A stretch of DNA of 28,016 nucleotides. It comes from Steroidobacteraceae bacterium (lineage in GTDB: Bacteria; Pseudomonadota; Gammaproteobacteria; Steroidobacterales; Steroidobacteraceae). The DNA is taken from positions 1-28,016 of the forward strand of contig DATCBZ010000174.1 in the NCBI GenBank assembly GCA_036511555.1, written 5' to 3'. A program made the translations under genes and the position numbers. Below, one piece after another: positions 26,257 through 28,016 of the stretch (the first letter of the stretch is position 1; each line of letters opens with the position of its first letter). The notes under the pieces were generated by a model that was not told where the DNA came from, did not search any database, and saw nothing but the letters and a program-made list of their open reading frames with translations.

Positions 26257-28016
26257 GTGTTTCGCGCACACGCACGGCGCCGGGAACACCTAAGCCCAAG
26301 ACTGCACGCTCGGAATTGTTGTCGCATACTCTCGCGCGCGTCAGGGAGTCATCGCTGCTTGACCGCTGCATTGCGGCCGCGCGCGACGCTCTCGTCGATG
26401 CGCAGCACGAGCATGGCTACTGGTTATTCGAGTTGGAAGCGGACTGCACGATTCCCGCCGAATACATTTTGATGATGCATTTCCTCGACGAGATCGACGC
26501 GCCGCTTGTGGCCAAGATCGCCGTCTACTTGCGCGCTCATCAGGCGGAGCACGGTGGCTGGCCGCTCTACCACAACGGCGACTTCGACTTAAGCTGCAGC
26601 GTCAAGGCATATTTTGCTTTGAAGCTCGCAGGCGACGATCCGGACGCTGCACATATGCGACGCGCACGTGCAGCAATTCTGCAGCGCGGCGGTGCCGCGC
26701 GTGCGAATGTGTTTACGCGCATCGCACTGGCACTGTTCGGGCAGCTGCCCTGGCGCGGCGTACCTTACATTCCCGTGGAAATCATGCTGCTGCCACGTTG
26801 GTTTCCCTTTCATATCGACAGGGTTTCTTACTGGTCCCGCACGGTCATGGTGCCGCTCCTGATTCTGTGCACACGAAAGCCCATCGCTAAGAATCCGCGC
26901 AACATCAACATTCGCGAGTTGTTCACGACGCCACCGGAGGAGGAACGCGACTACTTCCGTGGTAGTCGCCGGCAGCCGGGATTTCTTGCCAAGCTCTTCC
27001 TGGTGCTGGATCGAATCGGCCGCACCATAGACCCGCTTGTGCCCCGAGCCGTGCGCGCACATGCAACGCAGCGCGCGCTTGACTGGATGCTCGAGCGGTT
27101 GAACGGCGAAGAGGGCCTGGGCGCAATCTTTCCGGCAATGGTCAATGCCTTGGAAGTGATGGCGGTACTGGGATTTGACAGCAACGATCCGCGGCGTGTC
27201 ACGGCCAAACGGGCACTGCAGAAGCTCCTCGTGGTCAGTTCGTCAAGCGCCTACTGCCAGCCATGCGTCTCCCCGGTCTGGGACTCTGCATTGGCAGGCC
27301 TTGCTATGCAGGAAGCCGGCTGCGCCGTGTCGGTCGACGCATCGGTTCGAGCGCTCGACTGGTTGAAGTCACAGCAGCTGCTGGATGATCCGGGTGATTG
27401 GCGCATTCGCAGGCCAGAGTTAGCCGGCGGCGGATGGGCGTTTCAGTTCGCGAACAGCTATTACCCCGATCTTGACGATACCGCGGTGGTCGCTTGGGCC
27501 ATGCACCAGTCGCGTGATAGCGAGCGCTATACCGAGACTGTCAACCGCGCTCTTGATTGGCTGGTGGGAATGCAAAGTAGCAACGGCGGCTTTGCGGCAT
27601 TTGATGCGGACAATACCTACTATTACCTGAATGAGATTCCGTTTGCCGATCATGGTGCACTCCTTGATCCGCCGACGAGCGATGTGAGTGCGCGCGTCGT
27701 CGCGGCGCTCGCACGCATTGCTCGACCGCAGGACAAAGCGGCGCTCGATCGAGCAATCGTTTACTTGCGCAGTGAGCAGATGGCCGACGGCTCTTGGTTC
27801 GGCCGCTGGGGCACAAACTACATTTACGGAACGTGGTCGGTATTGACGGCCTTCGCCCAAGCAGGCATCAGCGCGACTGACCCTGCAGTGCGTAAAGCGG
27901 TCAGCTGGCTGACTGCACGCCAGAACGAGGATGGTGCCTGGGGTGAGAGCAACGCAACATACTCGCAGCAGAGCTATGTTGTCGCGGACAAGTCGCCAAA
28001 TACACCGTATCAAACC
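26253..28016 (+). CDS. shc: Squalene-hopene cyclase; runs off the right edge
   Basis: Not in the track (no stop in the window). ATG 26253 overlaps the sqs stop (ATGA). Manual translation gives GYWLFELEADCTIPAEY, GGWPLYH, ANVFTRI, SYWSRTVMVPL, YCQPCVSPVWD, GGWAFQF.N.YYPDLDDTA (DXDD protonation motif), MQSSNGGFAAFDADN and GSWFGRWGTNYIYGTW. Confidence 0.97.
   Translation, partial: MSVSRTRTAPGTPKPKTARSELLSHTLARVRESSLLDRCIAAARDALVDAQHEHGYWLFELEADCTIPAEYILMMHFLDEIDAPLVAKIAVYLRAHQAEHGGWPLYHNGDFDLSCSVKAYFALKLAGDDPDAAHMRRARAAILQRGGAARANVFTRIALALFGQLPWRGVPYIPVEIMLLPRWFPFHIDRVSYWSRTVMVPLLILCTRKPIAKNPRNINIRELFTTPPEEERDYFRGSRRQPGFLAKLFLVLDRIGRTIDPLVPRAVRAHATQRALDWMLERLNGEEGLGAIFPAMVNALEVMAVLGFDSNDPRRVTAKRALQKLLVVSSSSAYCQPCVSPVWDSALAGLAMQEAGCAVSVDASVRALDWLKSQQLLDDPGDWRIRRPELAGGGWAFQFANSYYPDLDDTAVVAWAMHQSRDSERYTETVNRALDWLVGMQSSNGGFAAFDADNTYYYLNEIPFADHGALLDPPTSDVSARVVAALARIARPQDKAALDRAIVYLRSEQMADGSWFGRWGTNYIYGTWSVLTAFAQAGISATDPAVRKAVSWLTARQNEDGAWGESNATYSQQSYVVADKSPNTPYQT

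Noticed and set aside
26253-28016. Cyclase as oxidosqualene cyclase (sterol synthesis), suggested by the Bst-like genes
   Set aside because: The active-site motif is DLDDTA (SHC type), not DCTAE, and no squalene epoxidase is in the window.
1-28016. CRISPR arrays, tRNA/rRNA, transposases, integrases, long repeats
   Set aside because: None recognised by eye; the window is almost fully covered by protein-coding genes. No covariance-model search was run.

Overview
GC-rich bacterial window, probably gammaproteobacterial (inferred from the large single-chain PurL, DUF1820 and TagH). Left: 5' part of purL, a DUF1820 gene, an orphan T6SS-type FHA gene (TagH-like) and single-chain pyruvate carboxylase. 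Nearly everything from 6.8 kb onward can be read as one membrane-lipid neighbourhood. It holds (i) an MMPL/RND transporter divergent from a PhnD-fold binding protein, a TPR/TatT-like lipoprotein and a SAM methyltransferase, the same trio of folds as the BstABC bacterial sterol-transport system; (ii) dxs and a Rieske oxygenase; (iii) a minus-strand 2-aminoethylphosphonate (AEP) run: CDP-alcohol phosphotransferase, 2OG-Fe(II) oxygenase, HpnL-like membrane protein, nucleotidyltransferase, PepM-nucleotidyltransferase fusion, phosphonopyruvate decarboxylase, AEP aminotransferase and a POTRA-less Omp85 barrel; and (iv) divergent from that, one-step squalene synthase coupled to squalene-hopene cyclase (cut by the window end). 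Main hypothesis (inference): a joint phosphonolipid/hopanoid synthesis-and-export system, possibly making a phosphonate-decorated hopanoid. Families were assigned by eye from motifs; no database searches were run. No RNA genes, CRISPR arrays or mobile elements were recognised.
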